Assembly: GCA_049519175.1 (NCBI GenBank)
Contig: JBEKQZ010000001.1
Location: 224,043-288,042, forward strand
DNA length: 64,000 nucleotides
Direction of reading: 5' to 3'
Origin: Candidatus Levyibacteriota bacterium
GTDB taxonomy: Bacteria > Patescibacteriota > Microgenomatia > Levybacterales > UBA12049
Made by a program: the position numbers and the translations under genes. Below, one piece after another: positions 19,456-29,687 of this stretch (positions are counted from its first letter, which is position 1; each line of letters begins with the position of its first letter). The notes under the pieces were generated by a model. The model did not search any database. It was not told the origin of the DNA and saw nothing but the letters and a program-made list of their open reading frames with translations.

Positions 19456-20939
19456 AAAGATTTCTTAAGTTTGATTATCTAGCTCTAGTATTAGTAATTC
19501 TTGTGGGTTCATATCTGAGGCTCCAAGCAGTGTCTACTAATTCTTTCGCTTTTACCTATGACGTTGGAAGAGATATGTTGGCACTTTCAAACATAGTGCA
19601 CCTACATAAAATTCCGTTGATTGGAGCTACTACCGGACTGCCGGGGATATTCTACGGTCCCTGGTGGTATTACATATTGACGCCATTTTTTATTATTTTT
19701 TCCGGAGACCCCCGTGGAATTGCCCTGACGATGTCTTTGATTGGAATTTTAACGCTTTTATTAAGCTTTTTTGTCGGTAGAAAGGTTGGAGGAAATTCTT
19801 TAGGCTTAATTTTTGCTTCTTTGATTAGCGTGTCGGGGATTATGATAGCTTTATCATCACAGATTTGGAATCCAAACATAGCACCATTTTTTGTAATTCT
19901 TATTCTCTTGATATTAGATAAGATTTTTGAAAAAAATAAGAAAAGTAAAGCATTTTTTTATTTTCCTTTGGGCATTTTGCTTGTCTTAAGTATTGATGTT
20001 GAAATTATTTATGGGCTTTTATTATCAGCCGGAATAATTCTTTCTTTGTTATTAATTCAACGGAAACTTAATTTGAAATCTCTTCTTCTTTTTGGGTTCG
20101 GAGGTCTAATTATTATTGCTCCAAGAATTATATTTGAGCTTAGGCACCAATTTTTAATGACAAAAGCTTTAATCGCTTTTCTGATGTCGGGTAATTCTTC
20201 ACATAGTGTTTTTACAATATTTTATAATTTTATCGATAGAATCAATATTCTATTTAACCAATTTGCGTCAACTCTTGCCAATGATAATAAACTTCTGGCG
20301 GGACTGGAGATTGTGTTCGTAATCCTCTCAATAGCGGTTTTCTATAAAAAGTCCGATGTAATAATAAAGAATTTTATTAAGATTTCATTAACAGTAATAT
20401 TAACTTTTCTGGTAGGGATAACTTTTTTTAGTCATGACATTTGGCCCCACTATTTGGTTGGACTGCCGGTTTTTTATCTTTTACTTTTTGCAATCGGCGC
20501 TTATTTGTTCGCCAAAAACTTTTCTGCAAAATTAGCAGGTTTGATAATTTTATTAATTTTTCTGATAAACTTAAATCCATATTCTTTGTTTCAAAACTTA
20601 AATAGGCCATTATGGGAGGGCGACGCGTCAGTTTATCGTAATCAAGTCGCAGTTATAGACTACGTTTATAAACAGGCTGCGGGAAAACCTTTTAAATATG
20701 TTGTCTATACCCCCCCGGTCTACGATTATACCTATCAATACCTATTTAGTTGGTACGGCCCCAAAGTTTATCACTATTCTCCCCAAGTTCAAGCAAATTT
20801 GGCATATTTTATTCTAGAACCGGATTTACAATATCCCTCAAGACTTAGAGATTGGTTAAGTCAGCGGGAAGCGGATGGGAGAATAATTAGGTCGCAAGAA
20901 GTAAAAGGAGGAATTACTGTTCAGACTAGGGTTCATTAA
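19452..20939 (+). CDS. GT-C (ArnT/PMT-like) membrane glycosyltransferase
   Basis: FTYDVGRD..PLIGATT..IFYGPWWYY, IWNPN; polytopic. Confidence 0.75.
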   Translation: MKRFLKFDYLALVLVILVGSYLRLQAVSTNSFAFTYDVGRDMLALSNIVHLHKIPLIGATTGLPGIFYGPWWYYILTPFFIIFSGDPRGIALTMSLIGILTLLLSFFVGRKVGGNSLGLIFASLISVSGIMIALSSQIWNPNIAPFFVILILLILDKIFEKNKKSKAFFYFPLGILLVLSIDVEIIYGLLLSAGIILSLLLIQRKLNLKSLLLFGFGGLIIIAPRIIFELRHQFLMTKALIAFLMSGNSSHSVFTIFYNFIDRINILFNQFASTLANDNKLLAGLEIVFVILSIAVFYKKSDVIIKNFIKISLTVILTFLVGITFFSHDIWPHYLVGLPVFYLLLFAIGAYLFAKNFSAKLAGLIILLIFLINLNPYSLFQNLNRPLWEGDASVYRNQVAVIDYVYKQAAGKPFKYVVYTPPVYDYTYQYLFSWYGPKVYHYSPQVQANLAYFILEPDLQYPSRLRDWLSQREADGRIIRSQEVKGGITVQTRVH

Positions 20940-20942
20940 TTT

Positions 20943-22490
20943 ATGAAGATAAATTTAAATCCTATTGTAAAAAAAGTAAAGGCGCTGTTAATAAATAAGC
21001 GAGCGAGATGGGCAATATTTTTTTTCCTTTTAGTGTTAATAGTTTTTTTGTCAATATTCCCCAGAGCGGTAGAAGTGCTTAACAATAATCCAATATTCGG
21101 TTTTGATCAAGGAAGAGAAATGCTGGCTGCTAAGAATATAGTCGTTAACCATAAATTAATTTTAATTGGCACGGAAGTGGGAGCAGGTGTTGCTGGAATA
21201 TCGGGAGTATTCCATGGGCCAATTTATTATTATATGTTAACCATTCCTTTTATCCTTTTTAATGGTAATCCGCAAGGTGGAATTTATCTGATGTTTTTGT
21301 TTGGATTAGCGTCAATAGTTTTTGGATATTATTTTGGCAAAAAATTATTTGGGAGATGGGGAGGAATGTTGCTAGCGCTTTTAATTAGTATTTCACCGCT
21401 TTTCATAGCGCAATCAAGGTTTATCTGGAGTCCTAATCCGCCTACGCTATTTATACTTCTTTCGTTATGGTTTACGTATCTGTTAAAAGAAAAGAAAAGT
21501 ATATATATTTTTCTTGCTGCCTTTTTCGCTGCTTTTGTTTACAATTTTGAACTTGGCATTGCTGTTCCACTATCTCTCACTCTTTTAATTTACTGCGTCT
21601 TTCTTCTTAGACGAGATTTAAAGAAACTGTTGTATCTATTTGCAGGGTTTATCCTTGGTTATCTGCCGATGATTCTTTTTGAGGTACGCCATAATTTCTT
21701 AGGCACAAGGGGGATTATTAGTTATATTTTGAGTCATAAAGCAGTTGCTTCTTCGCATCCCGGTTCTTACTATCTGCTTGATCATGTTAAATCATTTATT
21801 AATTATTTCCAAGGTACTTTTCCTACCAATTCTTGGGATTCTCTGATATTAGCATTAATAATAATATTCTCTTTATATTTCTTGATTAAAGAAAAGAATA
21901 TTGCTTTTAAACATTTTTTTAGTTTTCTGCTTTTATTAATTCCGGTAACTTTTTTCGTCTTTTCTCCGTTAAGAAATACTGTTTATGGAATTTACTTACA
22001 GCATTTAGATATCGCTTACTTACTGCTTTTTTGCTACATAATTTATTCGTTTATTAACAAAAAATTAAAATTGCTGTTTATAGCGTCGCTTATATTTATT
22101 ATGGTTATGACCTTATTGGGATTACGAAATGCAATTAAGGTATCGCTTTATGACTATTCAGATTATGGAGGAACGGCAAAAATAAAAGGGAAAATTGATG
22201 CCATAGATTACATCTATAAGGATGCAAAAGGCAAACCATTTGGACTACTGGTATTTGCCCCCGGTGTTTATACATATCCCTATGATTATCTTTTGTGGTG
22301 GTACGGGCAAAGAAAATATCACTACATTCCATATGGTGAGAAAAAAGGCACTTTTTATTTGCTCATCGAGACAGATCCTTATCAGCCCTGGAGCTATAAG
22401 GGATGGTTGGAAACAGTCATAAAGACCGGTAATATAGTTTATACAAAAACTTTACCCAGTGGTTTCATTGTGCAAAAAAGAGTTAATTGA
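20943..22490 (+). CDS. GT-C (ArnT/PMT-like) membrane glycosyltransferase
   Basis: FGFDQGRE..LIGTE..FHGPIYYY, SRFIWSPN; C-terminus resembles that of 19452. Confidence 0.75.
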   Translation: MKINLNPIVKKVKALLINKRARWAIFFFLLVLIVFLSIFPRAVEVLNNNPIFGFDQGREMLAAKNIVVNHKLILIGTEVGAGVAGISGVFHGPIYYYMLTIPFILFNGNPQGGIYLMFLFGLASIVFGYYFGKKLFGRWGGMLLALLISISPLFIAQSRFIWSPNPPTLFILLSLWFTYLLKEKKSIYIFLAAFFAAFVYNFELGIAVPLSLTLLIYCVFLLRRDLKKLLYLFAGFILGYLPMILFEVRHNFLGTRGIISYILSHKAVASSHPGSYYLLDHVKSFINYFQGTFPTNSWDSLILALIIIFSLYFLIKEKNIAFKHFFSFLLLLIPVTFFVFSPLRNTVYGIYLQHLDIAYLLLFCYIIYSFINKKLKLLFIASLIFIMVMTLLGLRNAIKVSLYDYSDYGGTAKIKGKIDAIDYIYKDAKGKPFGLLVFAPGVYTYPYDYLLWWYGQRKYHYIPYGEKKGTFYLLIETDPYQPWSYKGWLETVIKTGNIVYTKTLPSGFIVQKRVN

Positions 22491-22492
22491 CT

Positions 22493-23788
22493 ATGGAAAC
22501 AATTAAAAAACTTTGGAAATTTTTGCTTAAAAATAAATACTTTATTGTTATAACAATAATATTCCTATTTGAAGTATTTCTCCGATTTTATCAGATGGAC
22601 GTCAAGAGCCCTTTCGGTTATGACCAGGTTGATAATGCCTGGGCCGCAAAAAACATCATCGTCAATCATTGGTTTCCTTTGGTGGGGATGGTGGCGAAGG
22701 GCAACAGCAATATCTATATTGGTCCAGCCTATTATTACATGATAGCCGTTGTTTATTGGATTTTTAACCTAAATCCAATTGCTTCGGCTGTTTTTGCGGG
22801 ACTGACGAGCATTTTCACTTTTTGGGTAATATTTTATGTTGCTAATAAATTATTTTCCAAAGAAGTGGCTCTATTCGCGGTTTTTATCAACACCTTTTTT
22901 CTTCCGGCCATATTCTTTGATAGAGTGCAATGGCCGGTTAACCTAATACCACCAATCTCATTATTAATATTTTACGTTTTGTATAAAATAACTTTGGGGG
23001 AAGTGAAAAAGATTATTATTCTAGCGCTTTTAGTTGGTTTCTCTTTTAGCGTGCATTTCACTTCAATTTTTTATCCGATTATTATTATTTTAGCTCTGCC
23101 ATTTTTCCCCAAGACCAAAGAAACTTTAAAATATGTACTTTTATCTTTGCCCTTATTTTTAATTTGGTTAGTTCCCAATATTATTTATCAAATCCAGCAG
23201 AAATCTGCCGGGTCAAATATCACGTCTTATTTACAAACCTATTATCATGGTTTTCATTTGACGAGGGTTAAACAACTGACGGGAGATGCACTTATTCAAT
23301 TTAACGCTTATTCATTCCTGGACAGACTTACTCCGTTAAAGTTTATTGCTCTTCCCGTCTTTTTTCTGGCATTTCTTTATAAATCAGTCAAAAGAGAAAA
23401 ACTTATTCTTTGCTATCTTGTTCTACTCTGGTTTATTGTCCCCTGGTTTATTTTTGCTATGTATAGTGGGGAAATCAGCGATTATTATTTTTCGATTAGT
23501 AGGTTTATCGCGCTTTTGATTGTCGCATATTTTTTTGCCAGAGTCTGGGCGGTAAAAAATATAATTCCGAAAGTCGCGGTTTTAATAGTGCTCGCTTATA
23601 TAGGGATAACAAATCTTCTTTATGATATTCCTTATCAAGATAACGGCTTAAAAGACAAGGAGAAGAATGTTCTAAGGGTAGTCAATCAGGGTGGGTGGAT
23701 AGATTTCAAAGTAGGTGCTCCGGGATCTTATTTATACTATTATTATATGAGGCAGAAAGGAATAGACCCATATGCAGCTAAAAAATAA
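22493..23788 (+). CDS. GT-C (ArnT/PMT-like) membrane glycosyltransferase
   Basis: FLRFY..FGYDQVDN..PLVG..IYIGPAYYY; polytopic. Confidence 0.72.
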   Translation: METIKKLWKFLLKNKYFIVITIIFLFEVFLRFYQMDVKSPFGYDQVDNAWAAKNIIVNHWFPLVGMVAKGNSNIYIGPAYYYMIAVVYWIFNLNPIASAVFAGLTSIFTFWVIFYVANKLFSKEVALFAVFINTFFLPAIFFDRVQWPVNLIPPISLLIFYVLYKITLGEVKKIIILALLVGFSFSVHFTSIFYPIIIILALPFFPKTKETLKYVLLSLPLFLIWLVPNIIYQIQQKSAGSNITSYLQTYYHGFHLTRVKQLTGDALIQFNAYSFLDRLTPLKFIALPVFFLAFLYKSVKREKLILCYLVLLWFIVPWFIFAMYSGEISDYYFSISRFIALLIVAYFFARVWAVKNIIPKVAVLIVLAYIGITNLLYDIPYQDNGLKDKEKNVLRVVNQGGWIDFKVGAPGSYLYYYYMRQKGIDPYAAKK

Positions 23789-25412
23789 ATTAATAATTGC
23801 CATTTTAGTTGTGCTTTCAATTATCTCGGTGTTGTCCCTTGTCCATACGGGACTGCCTATCACCCACGATGGGCAAGATCATGTTGCAAGAATCGCCAAC
23901 TTCTACCAAAACCTTGTCGAAGGCAACTTAATTCCGAGATGGGCTGCGAATCTCAATTGGGGATACGGACATCCGATTTTGGAATTTTTATATCCCTTGC
24001 CTTCTTATTTTGCTTCTTTTTTTCATCTGATCGGTTTCTCTCTGGTTGATTCGTCAAAAATTGTCTATGGTCTGGGAATGATTTTATCTTTATTCTTCAT
24101 GTTTTTATGGCTCAAGCAATTTTTGGGTAAAGAGCCGGCACTGCTTGGTGCATTTTTGTATACCTATGCTCCTTATAGATTCGTCGACCTTTATGTCAGA
24201 GGGGATATCGGTGAGAATTTGGCTTTTGCATTCGTGCCTTTGGTTTTATATTTTATTTTTAAACTTTACAAAGAACCCAACCTAAAATACTCGTTGTTAG
24301 GCGCTTTGTCTTTGGCTCTTTTGGTAATGGCTCACAATGCGATAGCTCTTATTACAATCCCTTTTATATTCCTTTATGGAATTTATTTAATCTATATTTC
24401 GAAAAATCGTAAATCATTATTCGTTAATCTTTCAGCGTTAATTATATTCGGTTTTGCTCTGTCGGCTTTCTTTTGGGTACCTGCATTACTTGAAGGGAAA
24501 TTTACTTTAAGAGATATTGTTACAAAAGGCGGATATGTCAGTCGCTTCGTTAATTTTAAGGCTTTAATCTATGGGCCGTGGAGTTATGGTGGAAGCGGCG
24601 TATTTACGCAGCAACTGGGAATAATACAGTGGTTAGCCTTGCTTATTTCACCTGTTTTAGCTTTTGTTTTTTGGTTGAAAAAAGATAAAAATTATCTACT
24701 TGTTCTAACCTGTCTTCTGTACACTTTGTTGGCAATATTTTTAATGCTTCCTCTCTCAAATTTTCTTTGGGCAAGAATAATGCTTTTACAAAACTTCCAA
24801 TTTCCCTGGCGTTTTTTAGCAATTACCGTTTTCGCAACAGCGGTATTGGCTGCTTTACTAATTCATGCAATTCCTAAAAAATTACAGTTAATTGTTGTGC
24901 TGATTTTAATTGCATTGGTTTTGTTTGTAAGCAAGGATTACGTAAAAGCAAAAGGCTATTTGTATAAGCCGGTCAGTTTCTATACCGGAATATACTCCGG
25001 AACGACGGATACCGGTGAGAGCAGTCCGATATGGTCCGTGCGGTTTATGGAGCATTTTCCAAAAGCGCATTTAGAAGTTTTGGACGGGAAAGCAACCGTC
25101 AAAGAAATAAAAAGAACATCTATGGAACATCAATATACAGTAACCGTTGCGAAAAGGACTTTATTTGAAGAAAACACGCTCTATTTTCCGGGATGGGAAA
25201 TAAAGGCAAATAATGCCCCCGTTAATGTTCAGTTTCAGGATATGCAATATAGAGGAACCATGTTATTTTTTCTGGAGAAAGGAAATTATACTGTCGAAGC
25301 CAAGTATTCCGAAACTAAATTAAGGTTAATCTGTGATCTGATTTCTTTAGTTAGCTTAATTACTTTGGGTGGTTTATTTATCTTCGGGTTTGTAAAGCGG
25401 AGATTTTCCTAG
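23772..25412 (+). CDS. GT-C-like membrane protein (PTPS-related/YfhO-like family)
   Basis: THDGQDHVAR, PRWA..LNWGYGHP, APYRFVDLYVRGDIGE, QFPWRFL, LYFPGW. Confidence 0.75.
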   Translation: MQLKNKLIIAILVVLSIISVLSLVHTGLPITHDGQDHVARIANFYQNLVEGNLIPRWAANLNWGYGHPILEFLYPLPSYFASFFHLIGFSLVDSSKIVYGLGMILSLFFMFLWLKQFLGKEPALLGAFLYTYAPYRFVDLYVRGDIGENLAFAFVPLVLYFIFKLYKEPNLKYSLLGALSLALLVMAHNAIALITIPFIFLYGIYLIYISKNRKSLFVNLSALIIFGFALSAFFWVPALLEGKFTLRDIVTKGGYVSRFVNFKALIYGPWSYGGSGVFTQQLGIIQWLALLISPVLAFVFWLKKDKNYLLVLTCLLYTLLAIFLMLPLSNFLWARIMLLQNFQFPWRFLAITVFATAVLAALLIHAIPKKLQLIVVLILIALVLFVSKDYVKAKGYLYKPVSFYTGIYSGTTDTGESSPIWSVRFMEHFPKAHLEVLDGKATVKEIKRTSMEHQYTVTVAKRTLFEENTLYFPGWEIKANNAPVNVQFQDMQYRGTMLFFLEKGNYTVEAKYSETKLRLICDLISLVSLITLGGLFIFGFVKRRFS

Positions 25413-25425
25413 TATCATATTTGTT

Positions 25426-26289
25426 ATGAAGCAAACTCTTTCCATAGCTCTCGCCACTTTTAATGAAGAGAAAAATTTAGCTGCGTGTTTGGATAGCGTT
25501 AAAGGGCTAGCGGATGAAATAGTAATTGTTGACGGGACATCCTCTGACAACACGGTCAAAATCGCAAAAAGTTACGGTGCAAAAGTTTTAGTTAAAGATA
25601 ATCCGCAAATGTTCCACATTAATAAACAAAAAGCGATTGATATGACAACAGGCGATTGGGTTTTGCAATTGGACGCAGATGAGAGGGTAAGTCCTCAATT
25701 GGCAGCGGAAATAAGAAAGGTTATAGAGATGAGCGAGAAAGAACTAGTAGAATATCAAAAGCAAATTCCAAACGCTAAATTATTCGAACGGCACCAAAAA
25801 TTAATCAGCGAAAGAGATGGAGAAGTGGAAGTACAAGATAAACCATACGCGGCTTTTTTTATTCCCCGGGCAAATTTTTTCTTGGGCAGATTTTTAAAAT
25901 CGGGAGGAGTTTATCCCGACGGAGTAATCAGGCTATTTAAAAAAGGGAAAGCGTATTTGCCTTGTAAAGACGTGCATGAACAATTTGTCATTGACGGTAA
26001 AGTCGGTTGGATGCAAAATGATCTTTTGCATTACGACTCGCCAACTTTTAAAAAATATATCACCCGAAATAATCGGTATACCGCGTTTATTGCCACCCAA
26101 TATAAAGAGCAAAAACTTTCAAAAAATCCAATCAATTTCGCAAAATACGTATTTGTCTTGCCCGTTCATTGGTTTTTATTAACTTTTATTAGGCATAAGG
26201 GTTTTAAAGATTCCTGGCAGGGTTTTGTGTTTTCGTTTTTCTCCGCGCTGCGATTTCCGGTTTCGTATATAATATATTTAACATTATGA
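25426..26289 (+). CDS. GT2 glycosyltransferase (WaaE/KdtX-like) with an internal charged insertion
   Basis: ATFNEE, VLQLDADERVS, YPDGVIRLF, VHE. Confidence 0.88.
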   Translation: MKQTLSIALATFNEEKNLAACLDSVKGLADEIVIVDGTSSDNTVKIAKSYGAKVLVKDNPQMFHINKQKAIDMTTGDWVLQLDADERVSPQLAAEIRKVIEMSEKELVEYQKQIPNAKLFERHQKLISERDGEVEVQDKPYAAFFIPRANFFLGRFLKSGGVYPDGVIRLFKKGKAYLPCKDVHEQFVIDGKVGWMQNDLLHYDSPTFKKYITRNNRYTAFIATQYKEQKLSKNPINFAKYVFVLPVHWFLLTFIRHKGFKDSWQGFVFSFFSALRFPVSYIIYLTL

Positions 26290-27248
26290 AAATTTTAGTG
26301 ACCGGTGGAGCAGGATATATCGGAAGCTTCATGGTAAAGCGCCTTGTTGAAGAAGGTCATGCCGTTACAGTTGCGGACAGCTTGGAAAGAGGACACAAAG
26401 AAGTTGTCGATCCAAAAGCCAAATTATTTCTCGGTAATCTTCTCAACAAAGCATTTGTAGAAGAATTATTCAAAGATAAATTTGATGCCGTTATTCACTT
26501 TGCCGGTTTTATTTCGATGGGTGAGTCGATGGAAAATCCTTATCTCTATTTTCAAAATAATGTTTTTACTTCGCTTAACCTCCTAGAGGAAATGGTCAAA
26601 ACAGGTAATAATAATTTTATCTTTTCATCCTCCGCCGGCGTTTATGGAAATCCGGAACAAGTTCCAATTCCGGAAACAAGCAAAACCTTGCCGACTAATC
26701 CATATGGCGAAAGCAAGTTAATGATAGAAAAAATTATGAGTTGGTATGGAAAAACCAAACAGATTTCAACCGTTGCTTTAAGGTATTTTAATGCGGCCGG
26801 TGCTTCCCTAAACGGCGCAATGGGAGAGAATCATACTCCCGAAAGTCACATTATCCCAAAAGTAATAAAAGCTTTAATGGAAAATAAAGAATTTAATCTT
26901 TTTGGCACAGATTATCAGACTAAAGACGGAACTTGCGTCAGAGATTATATCCATGTTCTGGATTTGATTGAAACGCATATCCTCGCCATCCAAAAATTAC
27001 AGACAAACCCCGGTAATTATATTTATAACGTCGGAACCGGGGTCGGATTTTCCAATCGGGAAATTATTAATATGGTAGAGAAAATTTCCAGTCAAAAAGT
27101 TAATGTTGTTAATTCTCCAAGACGACCTGGCGACGCGGATGAGCTAGTTGCTGATCCGACAAAAATAAAATCTGAATTAGGTTTTGCTCCAAAGTATTCC
27201 GACCTTGAGACAATTGTTAAAACTGCATGGCAATGGCACAACAAATGA
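26286..27248 (+). CDS. galE: UDP-glucose 4-epimerase
   Basis: GGAGYIGS, HFAG..SMGES, FSSSAGVYG, YGESK, LRYFNAAGA, DGTCVRDYIHV, RRPGD. Confidence 0.93.
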   Translation: MKILVTGGAGYIGSFMVKRLVEEGHAVTVADSLERGHKEVVDPKAKLFLGNLLNKAFVEELFKDKFDAVIHFAGFISMGESMENPYLYFQNNVFTSLNLLEEMVKTGNNNFIFSSSAGVYGNPEQVPIPETSKTLPTNPYGESKLMIEKIMSWYGKTKQISTVALRYFNAAGASLNGAMGENHTPESHIIPKVIKALMENKEFNLFGTDYQTKDGTCVRDYIHVLDLIETHILAIQKLQTNPGNYIYNVGTGVGFSNREIINMVEKISSQKVNVVNSPRRPGDADELVADPTKIKSELGFAPKYSDLETIVKTAWQWHNK

Positions 27249-28291
27249 AAATAGCAATTGATGTTTCGCCACTTGAAACCGGACATAAAGTAAGGGGAGT
27301 GGGTTTTTACCTCGTAAATCTTAAAGACGCTCTGTTAAAGTATTTTCCGGAAAATAATTATGTTTTTTTTCAAAGGGGTGAAAAGCTATCAAAAGACGTT
27401 GAAGCAATTCACTTTCCCTACTTTGAGCCTTTCTTCTTAGCGTTGCCAATTTATAATAAATTCAAAACCATCGTGACCGTTCATGACTTAACTCCGATAG
27501 TCTTTCCGCAGGCTTTTCCAAGAGGCATAAGGGGGGAAATTAAATGGCAAATGCAAAGATTTGCTTTAAAACGGGCAGATGTCATTTTAACGGATTCAGA
27601 GTCTTCAAAGAAAGACATCCAAAATTACGTCGGAGCTAGAGAAAATAAAATACACGTAGTCTATCTGGCGGCAGGAGAACAGTATATACAACTGGAAACT
27701 AAAAATTTTAAATCAGAAATTCAGAAACGATACGGTCTACCCGACCGGTTCGTATTATATGTTGGAGATGTTACCTGGAATAAAAACTTGCCAAGACTAA
27801 TCGATGCCGTCAAGTCAATAAATATTCCTTTGGTAATGATAGGTAAAAGTTTAGTTTCCGATACTTACGATAAAGATAACCCATGGAACGCCGATTTAAA
27901 CAGAGTTAATGAATTAACCAAAGGAAACAGCAATATTATGAAGCTGGGTTTTGTCTCGGCTGAGGAATTGGTGCAGATTTATAACCTGGCGACCGTTTTT
28001 GTGATGCCCTCTTTATATGAGGGTTTTGGCTTACCGATTCTTGAAGCAATGGCTTGCGGTTGTCCGGTAATTACCAGCAAGGAAGGTTCCATTCCTGAAG
28101 TTGCAGACGAAGCAGTTTTTTACGTCGATGCTTATGATGTCGAGAGTATTGCTGCGGGAATCAAGAAAGTATTTACTGATAAAAAACTACAGGGAGAGCT
28201 GAAAGAGAAGGGCTTAAAAAATGTGCAAAGATTTAGTTGGAGAAAAGCCGCACAGGAGACTACAGATGTTTATAAAGGAATTATTAGATGA
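27245..28291 (+). CDS. GT4 glycosyltransferase (MtfB/WbaZ-like)
   Basis: ATG 27245; RGVGFY, TVHDL, KNL, PSLYEGFGLPILEAMACG, FSWRK. Confidence 0.9.
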   Translation: MKIAIDVSPLETGHKVRGVGFYLVNLKDALLKYFPENNYVFFQRGEKLSKDVEAIHFPYFEPFFLALPIYNKFKTIVTVHDLTPIVFPQAFPRGIRGEIKWQMQRFALKRADVILTDSESSKKDIQNYVGARENKIHVVYLAAGEQYIQLETKNFKSEIQKRYGLPDRFVLYVGDVTWNKNLPRLIDAVKSINIPLVMIGKSLVSDTYDKDNPWNADLNRVNELTKGNSNIMKLGFVSAEELVQIYNLATVFVMPSLYEGFGLPILEAMACGCPVITSKEGSIPEVADEAVFYVDAYDVESIAAGIKKVFTDKKLQGELKEKGLKNVQRFSWRKAAQETTDVYKGIIR

Positions 28292-29622
28292 AGAATAAGT
28301 TTTTTGAAACCGGCAAAAAACTTATCGGCCACGAATTAATTAGCGGTAGCTTTTATTTGTTTGTCGGTGGGACAATCGCAAACTTCTTAGCTTTTCTCTA
28401 CAACGTTTTTTTAGCAAGAACTCTTGCTCCCGTAGATTATGGGGTATATGTCAGCTTGCTTTCAATAATAACTTTGCTGGGAGTTCCGGTCCAGTCCTTA
28501 AACCCGATTGTCGTCAGATTTGCAACGGAATATTTTGTTAAAGGCGAGAAAGAGAAAGAAGCAAAACTATATTTTAAGATGACCCAGTCCATAATTCTAG
28601 TTTCACTTTTAATTTTTCTTGGATTCATCGCGTTTTCCGGTCAAATAAGCGACTTTTTGCACATTAATAACATTTGGTACGTAATTATGGTTGGAGGAAT
28701 AGTTTCGTTTCTATATCTAAGTTTTGTCAATAACGCTTTTATCCAAGGGTTCCTAAAATTTAACTTCTTCGCATTTATTAATGTTACGGGTTCTTTAATA
28801 AAACTACTAGCCGGCATAGTGCTTGTACTGCTTGGTATGCGGGTGTTTGGAGCTTTGGGTGGAATTTTTCTGATGACTTTTGGAGCGTTTATCATTGGCT
28901 TTTTCCCAATAAGGCAAGTATTTGCCCGTGTCAGAAATAATAAAGAAAAAATACCTCTGAAGGAAATCACTTTATATGCTTTGCCGACAATTGTAATAAT
29001 TTTCTCACTAATTTCCTTCACCTCAACCGATGTCATTTTAATTAAACATTTTTTTAATCCGCAAGATGCGGCTGCTTACGGAGGGCTTTCGCTATTAGGC
29101 AAGGTGATATTCTATTTTACCAGTATGATTCCGGCCGTCATGTTTCCGCTTATTATTAAAAGATATAATTCCGGTAAAAAGTTTAACAGCCTTTTCTATT
29201 TAGGATTGCTTTTGGTTTTAATCCCGTCGGTGTTTATAACTGGGTTCTATTTTGTTTTCCCCAAGTTTGTAATCGACTTATTCTTTTCGGGTAAAGCAAC
29301 TTATATGGCAATTGCCGGGTATGCAGGGTTTTTTGGTATATTCCTGACCTTGTTTAGTCTTATAAACGTTTGTGTAAATTTCTTCCTGTCTTTGAACAAA
29401 ACAAAAATTGCCCCACTGGTCGTGGGAGCGTCAGCGCTGCAGATAATTTTAATCTGTATTTTCCATAGTAATTTTTATCAAGTAATTGCCGATTCAATTG
29501 TGGCTTCCCTAATCCTGCTTGCGGCGCTAATAGTTTATTACTTATTTCTTTTTGCCAACCCCCAAAAAATAAAAGACTTTATACCGCTAATCGGCCTTGC
29601 GGAAATCAACGTCAATCAATAA
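28288..29622 (+). CDS. Second Wzx/MOP-family flippase
   Basis: 444 aa polytopic protein; LARTLAPVDYG, TDVILIKHFF, GKVIFY...VMFP. Confidence 0.8.
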   Translation: MKNKFFETGKKLIGHELISGSFYLFVGGTIANFLAFLYNVFLARTLAPVDYGVYVSLLSIITLLGVPVQSLNPIVVRFATEYFVKGEKEKEAKLYFKMTQSIILVSLLIFLGFIAFSGQISDFLHINNIWYVIMVGGIVSFLYLSFVNNAFIQGFLKFNFFAFINVTGSLIKLLAGIVLVLLGMRVFGALGGIFLMTFGAFIIGFFPIRQVFARVRNNKEKIPLKEITLYALPTIVIIFSLISFTSTDVILIKHFFNPQDAAAYGGLSLLGKVIFYFTSMIPAVMFPLIIKRYNSGKKFNSLFYLGLLLVLIPSVFITGFYFVFPKFVIDLFFSGKATYMAIAGYAGFFGIFLTLFSLINVCVNFFLSLNKTKIAPLVVGASALQIILICIFHSNFYQVIADSIVASLILLAALIVYYLFLFANPQKIKDFIPLIGLAEINVNQ

Positions 29623-29653
29623 TATGGTATATCTCTAATCCTGAATAAAACTG

Positions 29654-29662
29654 TGCTATACT
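29654..29662 (+). promoter_or_regulatory. Extended -10 element (TGcTATACT)
   Basis: Lies in the 65-nt gap upstream of 29688. Confidence 0.45.
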
Positions 29663-29687
29663 TGTGCTTAAGAATTTATAGAATCTA

